From positions 62,992,001 through 63,056,000 of the forward strand of contig NC_043002.1 in NCBI RefSeq assembly GCF_006345805.1: DNA of 64,000 nucleotides, in the 5' to 3' direction. Under the pieces are notes generated by a model. It was given only the letters and a program-made list of their open reading frames with translations. It searched no databases and was not told where the DNA came from. This DNA comes from Octopus sinensis (Eukaryota). Below, one piece after another: positions 59,844 through 64,000 of the stretch. Positions within the stretch are counted from its first letter, which is position 1. Each line of letters begins with the position of its first letter. The position numbers were made by a program, and so were the translations under genes.

Positions 59844-60526
59844 CATTATTATTATTGAGTGAGAGAGCAGTGCATGCGTTGAAAGTGACACTGGGGAACA
59901 AATATACGACGCCCAGTATATCCCCCCATAATCAGTATACATCTCCATAATCTTTGTATGTTTATTGCTGTTTTACTCAACCCAATATACTCCCAGCAAT
60001 TCATTCACACTTAAATACATATATGTGTGCGTGTGTTTGTGTGTGTTTATTTCAAATGCTAATTTAAATATCATACGTAAATGAATATAAAAAAAAACAG
60101 AGAGATGACTGGAAGTGCACTCTTCCATTCTATTACATTCATTTTTTCTGTCTATCTGTCGATATTTCTCTGTCTCCAACTCTGTTTATCTGTTGCTATT
60201 TCCGTCTCTTTCTTCCACCTCTACGATTTCTATTGCAAGCTAACTACATCAAGATTATATTAGAACTTCACACAAACAAGCTCATGTTAAAAAAACAACA
60301 ACAACATTATATATATCACAATAACAATAAAAAAAAACTGCATGTATAATAAATCGGCAAATATAAAATAGACAATAAATAACCAAATACAAAATAAATA
60401 ATAATAATAAAAAACTTCAAAAACAACATATAAAGATAGTTCTTTGCAATGCCCCTAATAAATGGTTTGACACATATCCCCCTACGCCGTCTCTAATAAG
60501 ATTACTCAAGTAATTTTCCCCACATC

Positions 60527-60855
60527 TTCTTAAAGACTCCGCCGGTTACGACGACGAGGGTCCCAGCTGATACGATCAACGGAACAGCTTGCTCGTGAAA
60601 TTAACGTGCAAATGGCTGAGCATTCCACAGACACGTGTACCCTTAACGTAGTTCTCGGGGATAATCAGCGTGACACAGAGAGTGACAAGGCTGACCCTTT
60701 GAAATACAAGTACAACTCATTTTTGCCAGCTGAGTGGACTGGAGCAACGTGAAATAAAGTGTCTTGCTCAAGGACACAACGCGTCGCCGGGAATCGAACT
60801 CACAACCTTACGATCATGAGCCGAATGCCCTAACCACTAAGCCACGCGCCCTCAC
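60527..60855 (-). mobile_element. Young full-length tRNA-derived CORE-type SINE with 11-bp target-site duplication
   Basis: A-box TGGCTTAGTGG, B-box GAGTTCGATTCCC, tgtgtccttgagcaagacact; TSD ttccccacatc at 60516-60526 and 60856-60866. Confidence 0.9.
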
Positions 60856-61364
60856 TTCCCCACATCACATTACATACAATACACAGATTCTTTCACAAGA
60901 GCTATGTAAATGAGATTGGCATTTCTTACCACCTTCAATTCTTTATAGCTTTTACAGTTACCTCCCTTGTTCTCAATCATCCCTTCGTTCTCTCTTTCTG
61001 TCTTTCGCCTCGTTTTGTTTTCCCTTCTTTTGGTCTCTCTTAATTTGCCCCCCACTTATTTTATTTTCCCATTTATCTTTCTCTTCCTTTACATTTTCCT
61101 TTTTCCTTTTTTCTCTATGTTATTTTAGAGTTGGATTATATTTTATCCCGGAGTTTTTTTAATATTTTTTATTACTATCATGATTTCTTTCTATTTTCTC
61201 TCTTTCTCTTTTTCTGTCTCTTCCTTGCTCCGTCCTAGTTTTGTTGTCGTCTGTCATTTATTCTTTCACGTTAGCATTTGCATTTTCTTGCTTCTTTTGG
61301 TTTTTGACTATAACGTTGTCTCGGTTTCATTTCTATTTTTCATTTATTATTGTCTTCGTTCACT

Positions 61365-61990
61365 GAGGTGGCAGAACCATTAGCACGCCGTAAAAATTCC
61401 GATGCGAAATTACGTTCGTGTTTACATTTGGGGTTCAGTTTCAGCTGAGGTCGACGTGGCCATTTTATCTTTTCTGGGTTGATAAAATAAGTACTGATTG
61501 ACTACTGAAGTCATATAATCCACTTACCCCACCCCCGAAACTGCAGGCCTAGTACCGACAGTTAAAACCATTAATATATATATTTCTTTTGCGCGCCGGA
61601 CAAAATTCTTCGTTCTGTGTTCAAATTCCGCCGAGGTTGACATTGCCTTTTATCTTTCGCGGGTTTTGATAAAATAAGAACCAGTCGAAAAGTGTGGTCG
61701 ATATAATCGATTTACCCTCTCCGTTACAATTGCTGGCTTCATACAAAGATTTGAAACAGTTATAATTATTCTTTGAAGGACAGGAGATTGGCGGTGATTC
61801 GTTAAAGCGAAATAACGCTACTCAGCTACTTCCGGCTAAATACTTTCTGAGCTGCATTGCCATCGAAGAGATCTTTGTTTCTAATCCTTCTCGCCTGATC
61901 AAAGAAACTACCAGCCTAGTATTGGGTTCAATGGTGTTGACTAATTCTCGTCGCTTAAAATTGCTGGCCTTGTGCTTAAATCCTAAATCT
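61365..61990 (+). mobile_element. Two to three diverged SINE family B copies
   Basis: gtggcagaaccattagcacgcc and ttcaaattccgccgaggttgac motifs. Confidence 0.7.
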
Positions 61991-62441
61991 CAACTATTTT
62001 TCTCTTTCTCCCTTTATATTTTTCATTACCATACACTCAGCTACTCTAAGTTTCTTACGTTTAATTATATTCATATTTTCTTTTCTCGATTTTTCTAAAC
62101 GTATTTATTCTCTTTCTTTCCCTTTCCTTTAATTCTTTAATTTTTTTTTTTATTTCTATCATACTTATATTTTCGATATTTTCAATATGCATTCATTTTA
62201 TTTGTTTCCTTCGAAGGTATAGTGCTTTCCTCATATATTTCCTTTCATCTTCCATTTATTCACCAATTCATCCTTTCTGTCTTCTTTAAATCTCTCATTA
62301 CTTCTCTCACTTCATTTCTTTCTATCTCTCCTTCCATGTACTTTTCGGATACTTCTACAATAGATACATTCGTATAATTTATATCTATGCAAAATATCTA
62401 TGTCATTCCTCTGCATTATATTTTAATATTGGCATACTCTG

Positions 62442-62840
62442 AAGGCGGCGAGCTGGCAAAAACGTTAGCACGCCGGGCGAGATGCTTAGCGGCATTCCGT
62501 CTGCCGTTACGTTCTCAGTTCAAATTCCGCCGAGGTCGACTTTGCTTTTCATCCTTTCTGGGTCGATCAAAGAAGTACCAGTTACGCACTGGGGGCGATA
62601 TAATCGACTTAATCCGTTTGTCTGTCCTTGTTTGTCCTTTCTGTGTTTGGTCCCTTGTGGGTAGTAAAGAACTAGGTATTTCGTCTGCCGTTACGTTCTG
62701 AGTTCAAATTCCACCGAGGTCAAATTTGCCTTTCATCCTTTCGGAGTCGATAAAATAAGTACTTGTTGCGTACTGGGTTCGATCTAATTGACTATCCCCT
62801 CCCCGAAAATTTCGGGCCTTGTGTTTAAGTAGAAAAGAAT
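62442..62840 (+). mobile_element. SINE family B dimer
   Basis: cgtctgccgttacgttct..gttcaaattcc repeated at about 62498 and 62682. Confidence 0.85.
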
Positions 62841-63139
62841 ATTGACATATTCTGTCTTCATATGTAGCCTTAAACATACCTACTCCACCCCCTCTATTCA
62901 GATTTTTCTTCGCATTCATAACCAGTCAAGTTGCTAGCCGTAAGCTACAATTATTTTTTAAAGTTTATCGAACCCCGATTCTGGAAAAACCTATTAACCT
63001 CACCAATCAATTGGACACATGCTTTATAATACCTGCCACTGACTGTTCGAATCTTACTAACTTCCAACATTTACATCCACTTTGAAGAATTTTAATCGGA
63101 AAAAATCAATTAAAATCGAATAATTCCATCTAAGTTTGG

Positions 63140-63435
63140 AACTTATTCTATCAGTCTGTTTGGTCGAACCGCTATATTACGAGAGCCTTAACATGTCATC
63201 ACCAATTGTCACGTGGGAGAAACACAGGGGCTGTCAAAACAAGATAGATAGGCAAGCACACAATTGATATAGATGCACTTCTTTTCAATTTCCGTCTACC
63301 AAATCCACCCACAAGGATTTGGTTAGCCCAAGGCTATAGCAGATGAAACTTGCACAAGATGCCACACCGTGGGACTGAATCCGGAATCATATGGTTATGA
63401 AAGGGAGCTTCTTAACACGCAGCCACACCTGCGCC
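63140..63435 (-). mobile_element. SINE family A, diverged
   Basis: ttccgtctaccaaatccac...gtgggactgaatccggaatcat...cagccacacctgcgcc. Confidence 0.75.
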
Positions 63436-63525
63436 TTTCTATATATATATAGACGTAATGTATATATATATATATATACACATATATGTATACATGTATA
63501 TGTTTTTATGAATCTTACCTGCTCA

Positions 63526-63574
<49 letters not shown>

Positions 63575-63588
63575 TATATGTGTGTGTG

Positions 63589-63631
<43 letters not shown>

Positions 63632-64000
63632 ATATGTATATATATATATATGTATGTATGTATGATATATGTATAAATGTATATGTATATTTAGATTTAT
63701 ACACACGAGTAAGTTTGTATGTTTGTATCTATGTATAGATGGGTGTGTATATGTGTGTGGATATGTGTGTGTATATATGCGTGTATGTATGCGTGTGTGT
63801 GTGTGTGTGTGTGTGTGTTTCTGCATACATTTGTTCGAACCTGTACGAGTTCTCTACAATTTATTCTGCTCGACCACGTATCTTTAGCATTTCAACGTAT
63901 TATGCTTTATAATCATGCATACGGAAATTTGATTCAATTTTATATGTATTTCAATTTCAAATTTTAATTTACTTTACTCTTAAACTAATCTCATTAGCAT

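Overview
AT-rich, repeat-saturated eukaryotic DNA. The SINE families and microsatellite content suggest an octopus or other coleoid cephalopod genome (inference). No intact host protein-coding gene is recognisable; nearly all listed ORFs come from microsatellites or low-complexity sequence. Supported content: many tRNA-derived SINE copies; relics of R4/Dong, L1/Tx1 and RTE-like LINEs; four Tc1/mariner-superfamily relics and a MITE; two Helitron families, one carrying a Pif1 helicase fragment; Helentron-type non-autonomous elements; local tandem arrays. Most interesting is a set of unrelated short elements, mostly asymmetric fold-backs in (TA)n tracts, that carry type I hammerhead-ribozyme-like folds with apparent covariation at the core 3-8 pair (C-G, U-A, possibly G-C). 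One of them (53.8-54.3 kb) joins a Penelope-type GIY-YIG C-terminus to a tRNA-like Pol III cassette and a complete hammerhead core. A candidate RFX/forkhead promoter and micro-exon lie near 57 kb. All alignments and folds were done by eye, and element boundaries are approximate.
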